Shown here: positions 18,524 to 28,540 of the stretch, piece by piece
Position numbering within the stretch: position 1 is the stretch's first letter
How the letters are laid out: each line of letters starts with the position of its first letter
Source of the DNA: an uncultured Chlamydiales bacterium
GTDB taxonomy: Bacteria > Chlamydiota > Chlamydiia > Chlamydiales > Rhabdochlamydiaceae
Direction: 5' to 3'
Assembly (NCBI GenBank): GCA_963700985.1
Contig: OY969554.1
Coordinates: 768,001-832,000 of the forward strand
Length of the DNA stretch: 64,000 nucleotides
Made by a program: the position numbers and the translations under genes
The notes under the pieces: generated by a model
Databases searched by the model: none
What the model was told of the DNA's origin: nothing
What the model saw: the letters and a program-made list of their open reading frames with translations, nothing else

Positions 18524-20311
18524 CTATGAAGCTCGTGGAGGCGCCTTCTTCTCCTCTTTGCCTTCTGGTTTTCGGAGAGGGGCGCGATCTGCGCTCCAGT
18601 CCATCTCAGTAGAGGTTGGCTTATTTCGAATTTGTGCCACGATATTTGCAGGCAGCTCTCTTACTAAATATGCGAATAGTTGATCCCAGCTATTCCGAAA
18701 TTTATCATATTCTGAAATCAGAATTTCTGTGATCTCCCATCCAAGCGCTCTTAAAATTCTCTTACGCATTAACTCATCGCCTATGAGCGCCCCTGAAGAA
18801 AGAAAATGTGATCTACCGACCACCTCGAAACCCTGCTTTTCACCTAATATTGTATCGACAAAGAAACATCTGATAAATCGTTCTTTTTCAAGGCCGCGTC
18901 CTAGCATCCATTCTAATCCTTTGTGAATAAAGCTATGTGCACTAGAGGAGTCCGGCCTTAATTGATCAAGGGTCTCTTTATCGTGGAAAGCGCCTTCGAC
19001 CATCCCATGCAATCTCGCGTAAGCGCGAGGCTGGAAATACTCCTTATGAAAAAATTCTAGATAGGAAAATATCTGCGCCAATTGTCTAACCTGCATCAGA
19101 TAATGGTCATTGAGGCCAAGAGAGTCGATCTGAATGAGAAGTCCATGCACGAGCATTAACTCTTCCTTCGAGGGAGAGCCTAATTTAGAGACTTCATAGG
19201 AATTAAAAATATTGACTAAAGCCCATGTAATCGAAGAAAGAAGAGAAGAGGTTATCGAACGATCGCCTATTTTCTTCCTGATCACTTTGATAAGCTCTTC
19301 AAAAAACATCCGATTTGAAGCGTTGAAGTAGTGCAATCTGCTACAGCTTCCGAGAAGATTACTAAGGTCTTGAAGAGAAAAATCATCTATCTTTCTTACT
19401 CCCCGCGCAAGCTCCTTTAAACTCGCTTTTTGGACAGCTTGTAAAAGTTCATGATCATCGATTCGCACCCTTGAAAATGCCCATACAAGGTTAGCTAGAT
19501 CGTGAGCCGGGAAGTCACCTATCTTTCGTATCGACTCAGCTGCAATGGCTTTAAAGAATGGTACATCTTGCTTTTCTAGCTTTGCGTATATGCCCGCCGT
19601 CTGCGCAAGATCAATCGGAATAAAGTCCCTTAAGTCTCTGGCTTTAATTGCCTTAAATAAGCTGGGGGCTTCGAATTGCAATTGGGCAAACGTTGCTGTG
19701 ATACGGATCAGCTCCTTTAGCTTAAAATCCTCGATTTGCCTCATAGCATCTACAGTAATAGTCAAAAAGAGATCGGGATCTTTTACCTTAAAAAACTCAA
19801 AGGCTCGTGTAATCTGGCAAAGTCCCGCTGGAACAAATACCCCACGCCTAATTGATGCTCTTGGATTAGGCTCAAAATTGATAATCCGTTTTTGTACTTC
19901 TAGAGAAACATGCGCTAAGAGTTCATCGTCTCTTACATTAAATTTCTCGCAATTGAATACCATCACAGAAAGATGCTTAGCACTTTCTACACTTAATTTA
20001 GCTTTTACTCTCTGAATATACTCAAGGAGCTCTGTACGGCTTCTAAATGTTAAATTAGCATTAGACTCACGTGATGATACAAAGCCTGCTGTGTAGCTGC
20101 GACCGTTTCGGGTAGAGTGCGTACCTCTAGACTCAGAATCAGCATATTCCAAGCTTCTTTGCGAAGCTCGAGGCATAGATGCAGCAGGAGTGCGTGAAGC
20201 CTCTTTTCCCTCTCTCTCCATTGAAAAGCTGTAGTCTTCTTGGGTTACATTCATTAGAACTCTAGAACTTTCTGAAAGACGAGAATGAACTGGATGCATA
20301 AATAACCTCAT
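18524..20311 (-). CDS. Helical-repeat (HPR/OPR-like) protein with C-terminal RAP domain (FASTK-like)
   Basis: ~37-aa repeats such as F.AHDLANLVWAFSR and FSLQDLSNLLGSCS; RAP-like C-terminus FFVDT...FEVVGRSHF...LMRKRILRALGWEITEI. Confidence 0.75.
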   Translation of the reverse strand: MRLFMHPVHSRLSESSRVLMNVTQEDYSFSMEREGKEASRTPAASMPRASQRSLEYADSESRGTHSTRNGRSYTAGFVSSRESNANLTFRSRTELLEYIQRVKAKLSVESAKHLSVMVFNCEKFNVRDDELLAHVSLEVQKRIINFEPNPRASIRRGVFVPAGLCQITRAFEFFKVKDPDLFLTITVDAMRQIEDFKLKELIRITATFAQLQFEAPSLFKAIKARDLRDFIPIDLAQTAGIYAKLEKQDVPFFKAIAAESIRKIGDFPAHDLANLVWAFSRVRIDDHELLQAVQKASLKELARGVRKIDDFSLQDLSNLLGSCSRLHYFNASNRMFFEELIKVIRKKIGDRSITSSLLSSITWALVNIFNSYEVSKLGSPSKEELMLVHGLLIQIDSLGLNDHYLMQVRQLAQIFSYLEFFHKEYFQPRAYARLHGMVEGAFHDKETLDQLRPDSSSAHSFIHKGLEWMLGRGLEKERFIRCFFVDTILGEKQGFEVVGRSHFLSSGALIGDELMRKRILRALGWEITEILISEYDKFRNSWDQLFAYLVRELPANIVAQIRNKPTSTEMDWSADRAPLRKPEGKEEKKAPPRAS

Positions 20312-20422
20312 TTTTAATTAAAATCGCTAGAATTTTAACAAAATGGTAGTATTATGAATAGAATTATAAATTTTTTAATATAAAATTAAAAAATTATAAT
20401 AGTTATAGATCAATTGAACTAT

Positions 20423-22477
20423 TTAGGTAACAGGAGTTCCTGGCAAAGCGTTCTGGAAAGAAGGCAGCTCGATACCAAGCGTCGTGTCAGCAGCTAAGAG
20501 CATGCCTTGACTTTCGACACCCATCAGTGCAGCTGGTTTTAGATTAGCCACGATGATGATCGTTTTTCCAATGAGATGAGTAAGATCTTCCATCTTTTCA
20601 CCAATACCCGCCACGATGGTGCGTTTTTCAAAGCCGATATCGACGGAGAGTTTGAGCAATTTTTTGCTTTTAGGAATGCGTTCAACAGCTAAAATCTTAC
20701 CGACGCGTAGATCGAGTTTGCGCACTTCCTCGAAGCTGACCTGTTCTTTTAAAGGCACAACTACAACAGGGGTCGCAGGAGCGGGCGTAGATGAAGAAGT
20801 AAGTGTTTCCAATTTTTCAATCTCCTTTTGAATAAGCTCATCTTCTACTTTTGCAAAAAGATGGTCAGGTGCAGGAAGACTACGTCCTTCGGAAATCTCT
20901 TCCAACATAAGGTCGTGCCAGTTTTGTTTAGCGAGTATCGATGTGTAACCTAAAAGCTTCCAGAGATGTTGTGCTGCTTGAGGAATAATCGGCGAAGAGA
21001 CAAGCGCGAGAACTTTTAAGCAGTCTATGCAGCAGGCAATCGTGTTTAGCATCTCTTGAGCGCGCTCTGGATCTTTGCTCGCTTGCCAAGGCTTCTTTGC
21101 ATCGAAGTAGACATTTCCAACTTGAGCGAGTTCCATGATGAGAGCACTGGCTTTACGCAAATGGTAGCTTTCATATGCTTGCGCAATGTCATTTGCTAGG
21201 GTTTGAACTCTTTTTAAAAACTCTTGATCGATCTCTACCAGGGCTTTTTTAGAAGGAACTTTTCCCGCGGAGTGATTGGCAGCGAATACGAGAACGCGGC
21301 TGACTAAATTGCCATATTTACCGAGCAGCTCGCTGTTGCAACGTAGCTGAAAATCCTTCCAGGTGAATTCAGAATCTTGGGTTTCCGGTGCATTGGCGGC
21401 AATTGTATAACGAATCTGATCAGAAGTGAATTTCTGGAAAAACGTTTCTAAATCGATATACCAGCCTTCTGACTTACTAAACTGCTTGCCTTCGAGGTTA
21501 TAGAACTCATTAGCAGGCAGTTCGTTCACAAGCTTATAAGGCACATCTTGCCCCATCTCCATAGCAGGAAAGAACACTGCGTGGAAAGGAATGTTGTCTT
21601 TGCCGATAAATTGCACATATTTAGTGTTAGGATCTAACCAGTAGCTTTTCCATGCATCAGGATCGCCTTTTTTCTCGGCCCAGTCTTTGGTTGCCGAGAT
21701 ATAGCCAATAGGCGCATCGAACCAGACGTAGAAAACTTTACCCTCAGCACCCGGTAGTGGCACAGGTATGCCCCAATCGGAATCGCGTGTAATGGCTCGC
21801 GGTTTTAGATCATCGACATAGGATTTGGCAAAGTTAACAACGTTAGATTTCCAATGCTTACTAGCCAGCCATTCTGTGAGTTGTTCTTTGAAGCGATCGA
21901 ATAGCAGAAACCAGTGTTTTGTAGGTTTAAGCACCAAAGGTTTTCCAGAAACTTTGGAGCGTGGCTCTAGTAGATCAGTTGCTTCGTAACTAGCACCACA
22001 TCTTTGACACTCATCACCACGCGCTTCTTTAAATCCACACTTGGGACAGGTGCCCACGACATAACGATCTGCTAAAAAGCACTTATCTTCTTCAGAATAG
22101 AGCTGATTGGTCTCACGCTGATCGATATATCCATTTTTAAGTAGGTCTAAGAAAAATTGCTGAGTGGTAGGAACATGACCAGACCAAGTTGTGCGCGAGT
22201 AGTGATTAAAAGAAAAGTCGAGCTGCTTGAAAAAGTCCTCATTCACTTTGTGAAAAAGATCCACATGCTCTTTAGGCGTTCTTCCAGCTAGTTGTGCGCT
22301 GAGTGTAATAGCTACACCATGCTCATCGGAGCCGCAGATATAGAGAACATCATTGCCTCTTAAGCGCTGAAAACGCGCATAACAATCTGCGGGAAGATAA
22401 GCGCCTGCGATATGGCCAAAATGCAAAGGACCATTAGCATAGGGAAGAGCAGAGGTAATGAGAATCTTTTGTGACAT
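20423..22477 (-). CDS. metG: Methionyl-tRNA synthetase with C-terminal tRNA-binding domain
   Basis: TSALPYANGPLHFGH, zinc knuckle, YVWFDAPIGY, KQFSKS, C-terminal ESQGM. Confidence 0.97.
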   Translation of the reverse strand: MSQKILITSALPYANGPLHFGHIAGAYLPADCYARFQRLRGNDVLYICGSDEHGVAITLSAQLAGRTPKEHVDLFHKVNEDFFKQLDFSFNHYSRTTWSGHVPTTQQFFLDLLKNGYIDQRETNQLYSEEDKCFLADRYVVGTCPKCGFKEARGDECQRCGASYEATDLLEPRSKVSGKPLVLKPTKHWFLLFDRFKEQLTEWLASKHWKSNVVNFAKSYVDDLKPRAITRDSDWGIPVPLPGAEGKVFYVWFDAPIGYISATKDWAEKKGDPDAWKSYWLDPNTKYVQFIGKDNIPFHAVFFPAMEMGQDVPYKLVNELPANEFYNLEGKQFSKSEGWYIDLETFFQKFTSDQIRYTIAANAPETQDSEFTWKDFQLRCNSELLGKYGNLVSRVLVFAANHSAGKVPSKKALVEIDQEFLKRVQTLANDIAQAYESYHLRKASALIMELAQVGNVYFDAKKPWQASKDPERAQEMLNTIACCIDCLKVLALVSSPIIPQAAQHLWKLLGYTSILAKQNWHDLMLEEISEGRSLPAPDHLFAKVEDELIQKEIEKLETLTSSSTPAPATPVVVVPLKEQVSFEEVRKLDLRVGKILAVERIPKSKKLLKLSVDIGFEKRTIVAGIGEKMEDLTHLIGKTIIIVANLKPAALMGVESQGMLLAADTTLGIELPSFQNALPGTPVT

Positions 22478-22491
22478 GATTCAGCCTTCTG

Positions 22492-22722
22492 CTACTTGCC
22501 GTCCTCTTCATCGTTCGATTTTCTTTCATTAGCATCCATCTCTTGAAGATCAGTTAGATAATCTTCACCAGGATGTTTACGGATCTCTTCTAAAAGATCA
22601 TCGATGTTGAGCTCTCTTCCAGATCTAATGTAGTATCGGCCTAAACGGATTGCGTGTCTTGCAAGCTCAAAATTGCTCTTAAACAGCCCCTTTAGCTTCT
22701 CATTCGTCAATAGGTCTTTCAT
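22492..22722 (-). CDS. rpoZ: Chlamydial RNA polymerase omega subunit
   Basis: Directly downstream of gmk; LTNEKLKGLFKSNFEL resembles the N-terminus of the chlamydial gmk-linked omega (CT031-like). Confidence 0.7.
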   Translation of the reverse strand: MKDLLTNEKLKGLFKSNFELARHAIRLGRYYIRSGRELNIDDLLEEIRKHPGEDYLTDLQEMDANERKSNDEEDGK

Positions 22723-22723
22723 C

Positions 22724-23326
22724 TTATTTCTCTCTTTTTATTCTATGTTCTTCTGCAATGACAATGCTTCTTAAAATGTCGTACGCATTGGCTAAATTTT
22801 CATTCACGATATGATAATCATAGCGTAGAGCTTGTTCCATCTCATTTTGCGCCCAAGAAAGCCTACGCTGAATCGATTCTTCAGTTTCAGTTTTTCGCTT
22901 AATCAAGCGTTCTCTTAGTTCTTCCAATGAAGGTGGGCTAGCAAAAATATAAGTCGCTGGAAAATGTTCAGCTTTTAACTGCATGGCACCTTGTGTATCA
23001 ATTACGAGAAAGACATGCTTTCCTTCTTCCTGTTGTTTAAGCACAAAGGCCTTCGAGGTCCCATAGTAGTGTCCGAACACTTCAGCATACTCTAGGAAAT
23101 CGCCGCTTTTAATCCTCTTCTTAAACTCATCTTCAGAAAGAAAGTGGTAATCTTGTCCATTGACCTCACCATGTCTGGGAAGTCTTGTCGTACAAGAAAC
23201 ACTCTCTGTCACTGTTAAAAACTCATCACGTAGCATGCGCACAAGCGTCGTTTTTCCAGTGCCTGCAGGCGCGCTCAGGACGAAAACTAGTCCCCGCGGT
23301 AAATTTCCTAAAATTTTTCCAGCCAT
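22724..23326 (-). CDS. gmk: Guanylate kinase
   Basis: SAPAGTGKTT, SCTTR.PR.GE.NGQDYHF, YYGT. Confidence 0.96.
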   Translation of the reverse strand: MAGKILGNLPRGLVFVLSAPAGTGKTTLVRMLRDEFLTVTESVSCTTRLPRHGEVNGQDYHFLSEDEFKKRIKSGDFLEYAEVFGHYYGTSKAFVLKQQEEGKHVFLVIDTQGAMQLKAEHFPATYIFASPPSLEELRERLIKRKTETEESIQRRLSWAQNEMEQALRYDYHIVNENLANAYDILRSIVIAEEHRIKREK

Positions 23327-23329
23327 GCC

Positions 23330-24208
23330 CTACTCGACGTTTTGGACTTGCTCACGGATCTTTTCACACTCACTTCTCATCATCACAGTGAGATGAGAAA
23401 CATCATTTTCAAGCGCCTTTGCCGAAAGCGTATTTATCTCGCGCTGCATCTCTTGCGTCAAAAAATCTAAAGTTCTGCCCACGCTTTTTTCTTTCGAGGC
23501 TAGATAGTGCCGAAACTGGTTAATGTGCGAATCAAGCCGTGTTAACTCTTCCGTCACATCTCCCTTCTCGGCAAAAAATGCTAGCTCTCTAAAAAGACGC
23601 TCTTCATTTTCCCCTGTAAGGGCCAGCGCAGCTTGCGCCCGTTCGATCAGCTTCTTTTTAAAACTCTCGATCATCTCAGGCGAGCGCTTTTTCACCGTCG
23701 CAACAGCCTCTTCGATCCCTTGAAGTCGTTGCAAGATATCTTCCGCAAGATGCTTTCCCTCGCGTACTTTCATCGCCATCATCTCTTCAAGAGAAGTCTC
23801 AAGGGCAGCCTTCAATGACTGCTTTAACTCATCATCTTCATCCACTTGCTCGAGTGCATTCAGACTCGGAGCTCTGGCCAACAAAAAGGGCAAATCTATC
23901 GCTTGGGCTGGATCGTAATCCAAGGCGCGCGCGATCTTTTCCCAGTTTGTTTTTAACTGCTTCAAAGCCTCAAGCGACGCAGGAGCAAGTTCTTCACTTG
24001 TCTCATGCTGAATGCGCACAGTGATCTGACCACGCTGCAGCTGATCCGCAATCCATTTCCGGACATCGAGATCAAAACGCAGAAACTCCTTCGGCATGAG
24101 CAGGTGTATATCGAGCATCTTCCGATTAACAGAGTGGAGCTCGACGAGCCAGCGTCCAAATGAAGTCTTTTTCTGACTACGGCCATAGGCCGTCATGCTT
24201 TTGACCAT
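23330..24208 (-). CDS. yicC: YicC/YloC family endoribonuclease
   Basis: SMTAYGR, SVNRK, DVTEELTRL.SH, GRTLDFLTQEM.REINT, EKIREQVQNVE. Confidence 0.93.
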   Translation of the reverse strand: MVKSMTAYGRSQKKTSFGRWLVELHSVNRKMLDIHLLMPKEFLRFDLDVRKWIADQLQRGQITVRIQHETSEELAPASLEALKQLKTNWEKIARALDYDPAQAIDLPFLLARAPSLNALEQVDEDDELKQSLKAALETSLEEMMAMKVREGKHLAEDILQRLQGIEEAVATVKKRSPEMIESFKKKLIERAQAALALTGENEERLFRELAFFAEKGDVTEELTRLDSHINQFRHYLASKEKSVGRTLDFLTQEMQREINTLSAKALENDVSHLTVMMRSECEKIREQVQNVE

Positions 24209-24264
24209 TGGGACAATAAAAATTTATTAGATCATATAAGAATAGAGCATTAAACGATTGGGGG

Positions 24265-24933
24265 TCAAGAAGAAATGGCTCTTGCCAACATCATCGTTTT
24301 AATCGGCTCAAAAGTAACCCGGTGAATCGGACAAGGCCCATACTTTTCCAAGGCCAAAAGATGCTGCTGGGTTCCATAGCCTTTATGCTTATTAAAGCCG
24401 TAAACGGGCCAAAGTTCATGATATTGATTCATCAGCGCATCCCGCGTTTCTTTGGCGATAATCGAGGCAGTAGCTATGGAAATCGATAGAGAATCGCCTT
24501 TAACAATGGCTTTGGCCGGAATTGAGGTCTTTGGAAGCATATGACCATCGACTAAAAGATAGTCTGGTTTTTGAGCCATCTGAGCCACGGCAATCAGCAT
24601 CGCTTCGAAGGTCGCGCGCAGGATATTGATTTGATCGATAATTTGAGCGTCGATGACACCAACGCCATATAAAATACTTGGATTGTGAGTGATTCGCTTA
24701 AAAAGTTCAGCGCGCTTGGCAGGGGTCAATTTTTTACTATCATCAACCCCATCAAGCATAACTCCTTCTGGAAGATGGCATGCAGCTGCCACTACGGGCC
24801 CTGCAAGAGGTCCCCTTCCAGCCTCGTCTACCCCAGCTATATATTTATAACCTTGGCTACGAGCCGCATTTTCAAAGAGAGTGAGACCCTGCAGCCGAAC
24901 CAATTCGGCCGCTTGATCTGCTATTTCTCTCAT
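24265..24933 (-). CDS. rnhB: Ribonuclease HII
   Basis: GVDEAGRGPLAGPV, DDSKKL, KGD..S.SIA.ASIIAK, HKGYGT. Confidence 0.96.
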   Translation of the reverse strand: MREIADQAAELVRLQGLTLFENAARSQGYKYIAGVDEAGRGPLAGPVVAAACHLPEGVMLDGVDDSKKLTPAKRAELFKRITHNPSILYGVGVIDAQIIDQINILRATFEAMLIAVAQMAQKPDYLLVDGHMLPKTSIPAKAIVKGDSLSISIATASIIAKETRDALMNQYHELWPVYGFNKHKGYGTQQHLLALEKYGPCPIHRVTFEPIKTMMLARAISS

Positions 24934-25340
24934 GTCGCTGCAGGAGCGTCTTCTACAGCAGAAGCTTGAGCCTTAGAAGCTTTTAAAGGCCCCATCTGCT
25001 CTTTAACTTTTGAAGCTTTACCAGAAGTTCCACGTAGATAGTAGAGCTTGCTCTTGCGCACTTTACCAATCTTCATGACTTCGATTTTGGAAATTCTTGG
25101 GCTGTGGAGCATAAAAACTCTCTCCATTCCAGCGCCGTGTGAAAAGCGATAAATAGCTACTGTTTCTGACAATCCACTGCCACGTTTAGCAATTACAGTG
25201 CCTGAAAAGAGCTGAATACGCTCCTTTTCGCCCTCTGCAATGCGTGTGTGGATATTGATCGTATCGCCTACACGAAATTTAGGGATATCTGTCTTTAGCT
25301 GCTCGCTTTCGACAGCTTGAATAACTTGATTCTGTTTCAT
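24930..25340 (-). CDS. rplS: 50S ribosomal protein L19
   Basis: FRVGDT, EGEKERIQ.F.G.VI, VRKSKLYYLR. Confidence 0.95.
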   Translation of the reverse strand: MKQNQVIQAVESEQLKTDIPKFRVGDTINIHTRIAEGEKERIQLFSGTVIAKRGSGLSETVAIYRFSHGAGMERVFMLHSPRISKIEVMKIGKVRKSKLYYLRGTSGKASKVKEQMGPLKASKAQASAVEDAPAAT

Positions 25341-25342
25341 GG

Positions 25343-26011
25343 TCAAACTCCTAACTCTGGTCGTACTCTTCTAGTTTTTTCATGCGCTCTTTGTTTGCGC
25401 CAACTTTCTATGTCTGCATGATTTCCACCACGCAATACTTCAGGCACTACATGCCCTTCAAACTCTACCGGCCGCGTATATTGCGGGGCATCGAAGATGC
25501 CATTTTGGAACGAGTCTTGCGCTGCCGCCTCTTCATGCCCCAAAACACCCGGAACAAAACGGGAAATGGCATCGACCAATACAATCGCCGCCACACACCC
25601 ATTGGTTAAAACGTAATCCCCAATGCTAATCTCTTCGTCGATCTCTTGATCGATCACTCTCTCATCGACGCCTTCATAATGTCCGCAGACAAGAATGAGG
25701 TGCTCTTCTTTCGCAAGCGCTTCGCATTTGGCTGCTGTTAGCAGCGAACCCTGCGGCGACAACAAGATAACTCGAGAGCCCTCTCTTTTCTTGCTACGAA
25801 TCGCTTTTGTCAGCGGTCCTGGCATGAGAACCATTCCTGGCCCTCCACCAAAGGGGCGGTCATCTACTTTGCGATGCTTATCCTCTGCAAAGTCTCGTAT
25901 GTCGGTCTGCTCAATCTGAATAAGCCCTTTTTCTTGAGCACGCTTAAGCATGCTGACATTAAAAGGCCCATCAAAATAGGCAGGAAAAAGAGAAAGAATG
26001 TCAAATTTCAA
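25343..26011 (-). CDS. trmD: tRNA (guanine-N1)-methyltransferase
   Basis: VDDRPFGGGPGMV, CGHYEGVDER, SIGDYVLT.G, PQYTRP. Confidence 0.97.
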   Translation of the reverse strand: MKFDILSLFPAYFDGPFNVSMLKRAQEKGLIQIEQTDIRDFAEDKHRKVDDRPFGGGPGMVLMPGPLTKAIRSKKREGSRVILLSPQGSLLTAAKCEALAKEEHLILVCGHYEGVDERVIDQEIDEEISIGDYVLTNGCVAAIVLVDAISRFVPGVLGHEEAAAQDSFQNGIFDAPQYTRPVEFEGHVVPEVLRGGNHADIESWRKQRAHEKTRRVRPELGV

Positions 26012-26013
26012 AA

Positions 26014-26337
26014 CTAAGCTTTCTTCTTTGCTTCTCTGCGTTTTGCGACGCGTTTCACACGAACTGCAAAGCGTTTTTCGTTGTAATTCTTCATTACGTC
26101 CGGAGCGCTTTTAGCAACCAGTGATTTAGCTTGATCGGAGATCTCTGCTCCTTTTTCCAGCCAATAAGCAACACGCTCAGCATTTACGCTCAAGCTGTTT
26201 TGCTCTTCAAACGGATTGTACCAGCCCAAATTCTCTAGATACTTACCATCGCGCTTAGAGCGACCATCGATAAGCACCAGACGATATGTCTGACGATTCT
26301 TTTTCCCTTGCTGACGCAAACGGATCTTTACTGCCAT
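26014..26337 (-). CDS. rpsP: 30S ribosomal protein S16
   Basis: MAVKIRL...YR.V..D.R..RDG.Y.E.LG.YNP; start at ATG 26337. Confidence 0.95.
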   Translation of the reverse strand: MAVKIRLRQQGKKNRQTYRLVLIDGRSKRDGKYLENLGWYNPFEEQNSLSVNAERVAYWLEKGAEISDQAKSLVAKSAPDVMKNYNEKRFAVRVKRVAKRREAKKKA

Positions 26338-27650
26338 AAGAAATTCTCCTTGCCTTTCATCATACTCGGCATGTCTTTGCACATTTTTTTTAGTGTCTTA
26401 AAACTCTTAACCATACGATTCACATCATCGATCGAAGTCCCACTGCCTTTAGCGATGCGTCGTCGTCGGCTTGGAACGAGATCTACTCTCTCGTCTCGCT
26501 CGACTTCTGTCATCGATAAGATCATCGCTTCTGTCTTTTTGAACTCTTTCTCACCATTTTCCATCTCATCTTCCATTTCTGAGAAGCCAGGGAGCATTTT
26601 AAAAAGGCTCTTAAAAGAACCCATCTTTTTAATCATGCCCATCTGCTTGAGATAGTCGCCGTAAGTAAAGTTCGCCTTCTTAAATTTTTTCTCGAGCTTT
26701 TTGCTCTCTTCTTCGTCTAGGTGCTCTTCCGCGCGCTTCACCAAGTTGATCACATCGCCCATGCCCAAAATGCGATCGGCCATGGATTGCGGATTAAAAA
26801 CTTGGAAGTCCGCGAGCTTCTCACCTATCCCTTCAAACTTCAAGGGCTTTTGCGTCACCTCTTTAATCGAAAGAGCGGCTCCGGCACGCGCACTACCATC
26901 TAACATAGTTAGAATCGTGCCCGTAATGGAAACGCGCTTATCAAACTCGGCAGCTACTTTAACAGCGTCTTGTCCGGTTGCAGCACTAGCTACAAAGAGC
27001 ACTTCATGTGGCAGCACCTGAGCTTTAATCTCTTGAAGCTGCTGCATCAGTGCATCATCGAGATGCAGACGCCCAGCTGTATCGACAATTAAAACATCGT
27101 AATCTTTAGCTTTCGCTTCTGCTAAGGCCAGCTTCGCGACTTTTACCGGATTTGTCTCACCGTCGATTGAGAAAACCGGAACTTCAATCTGCGCACCTAA
27201 GCGTTTCAGCTGCTCAATGGCCGCAGGTCTTTGCAAGTCACAAGCAGCGAGAAGAGGCCTCTTATTAAACTCTTTTTTCTTTAGGTAAGCCGCAAGTTTA
27301 GCGCACTGCGTTGTCTTTCCACTCCCCTGTAATCCACAGAGAAGGATCACCGCTGGATTGCCTTTTAACTCAAGCGGCGCTTCATCCATTCCCATTAAAG
27401 CAACTAGTTCATCGTGAACAACTTTGATGAACTGCTGATCAGGCGAAACAGATTTTAAGACCTCATCACCTAAAGCTTTCTCCTTAATCCGTTTGATAAA
27501 TTGGCTGGCAACGCTGTAATTAACATCAGCATCTAACAGCGCAAGTCTAACTTCGCGCACAGCATCTGTGATATTCTCTTCTGTGAGCTTCTTTTTGCCC
27601 ACCAGAGAAGAAAAAACTTGCTGGAATTTTTCAGTTAGCGCGCCAAACAT
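26328..27650 (-). CDS. ffh: Signal recognition particle protein Ffh
   Basis: ALLDADV, GLQGSGKTT, DTAGR, Met-rich M domain with SRRRRIAKGSG. Confidence 0.97.
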   Translation of the reverse strand: MFGALTEKFQQVFSSLVGKKKLTEENITDAVREVRLALLDADVNYSVASQFIKRIKEKALGDEVLKSVSPDQQFIKVVHDELVALMGMDEAPLELKGNPAVILLCGLQGSGKTTQCAKLAAYLKKKEFNKRPLLAACDLQRPAAIEQLKRLGAQIEVPVFSIDGETNPVKVAKLALAEAKAKDYDVLIVDTAGRLHLDDALMQQLQEIKAQVLPHEVLFVASAATGQDAVKVAAEFDKRVSITGTILTMLDGSARAGAALSIKEVTQKPLKFEGIGEKLADFQVFNPQSMADRILGMGDVINLVKRAEEHLDEEESKKLEKKFKKANFTYGDYLKQMGMIKKMGSFKSLFKMLPGFSEMEDEMENGEKEFKKTEAMILSMTEVERDERVDLVPSRRRRIAKGSGTSIDDVNRMVKSFKTLKKMCKDMPSMMKGKENFLWQ

Positions 27651-27691
27651 AATTTAAAAAGCTTTTAAGAGAGGAATACTACTACAAAAAA

Positions 27692-28540
27692 TCATTCAAA
27701 TTCAAGGAAAAAGAAGCGATCATGCCCAGCCCAATCCTTCTCGACTCTTTTGTTTTTCCAACATGGGGCGCTAAATAGATTTAATATCCCCTCTCCCTGC
27801 CCTGCACCAATTTCAAAAAAAAGTTGAGCCTTAGGATTTAAATAATCGGGAAACTCGCACGCCAACTTCGCATAAAACTCAAGACCGGTGACACCTGAAG
27901 TTAGCGCCATTTTAGGCTCAAAATCGCGCACCTCTTTATCTAAACAAGCATACTCGTCGGTGGTAATGTAGGGCGGATTGCAAAGTACAAAATCTGCCTT
28001 TTTTCCTGAAAATGGTTCGAGTAGATCACCTTGTAAAAAGGTCAACTCCAAATGATTTCTTTGCGCATTTAACTCAGCAAGCTTCAACGCCTCTTGAGAA
28101 AGATCAGAAAGAGTCACGTTTAGTGCAGGCAAACTTTTCTTTAAAGCTAACCCCAAACATCCCGAGCCACAACATAAGTCCCATGCCTGCTTACCCTCGA
28201 GCGGCAATTGAGAGAGCAGTTCAACGACCTTTGAAATTAATATTTCCGTCTCTGGCCTGGGAATTAATACGGCGGGAGTAATTTTAAGGCTGCAATGAAA
28301 AAACTCTGTTTCTGACAGCAAATAGCCAAGAGGCTCTCCCTTAGCACGCCTTTTCAACATCTGGCGATAGGGTTCAAGCTCTTCATTTAGGAGGGGTCGA
28401 TCAAAATTCAAATAGAGATCTAAGCGAGCACACTTCAAAAGATCAGCGAGAAGTTCTTCCGCTTGCAGCCGAGGAGCCTCGATTTTATGTTCTTCTAGAT
28501 ACTTGGTAGAAAGAGCGATGATCTCTGAAACAGTCTTCAT
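27692..28540 (-). CDS. prmC: Release factor glutamine methyltransferase
   Basis: [20 protein letters not shown]; follows prfA. Confidence 0.95.
   Translation of the reverse strand: MKTVSEIIALSTKYLEEHKIEAPRLQAEELLADLLKCARLDLYLNFDRPLLNEELEPYRQMLKRRAKGEPLGYLLSETEFFHCSLKITPAVLIPRPETEILISKVVELLSQLPLEGKQAWDLCCGSGCLGLALKKSLPALNVTLSDLSQEALKLAELNAQRNHLELTFLQGDLLEPFSGKKADFVLCNPPYITTDEYACLDKEVRDFEPKMALTSGVTGLEFYAKLACEFPDYLNPKAQLFFEIGAGQGEGILNLFSAPCWKNKRVEKDWAGHDRFFFLEFE

Noticed and set aside
26011-26014. No rimM between rpsP and trmD
   Set aside because: This matches the normal chlamydial operon order.
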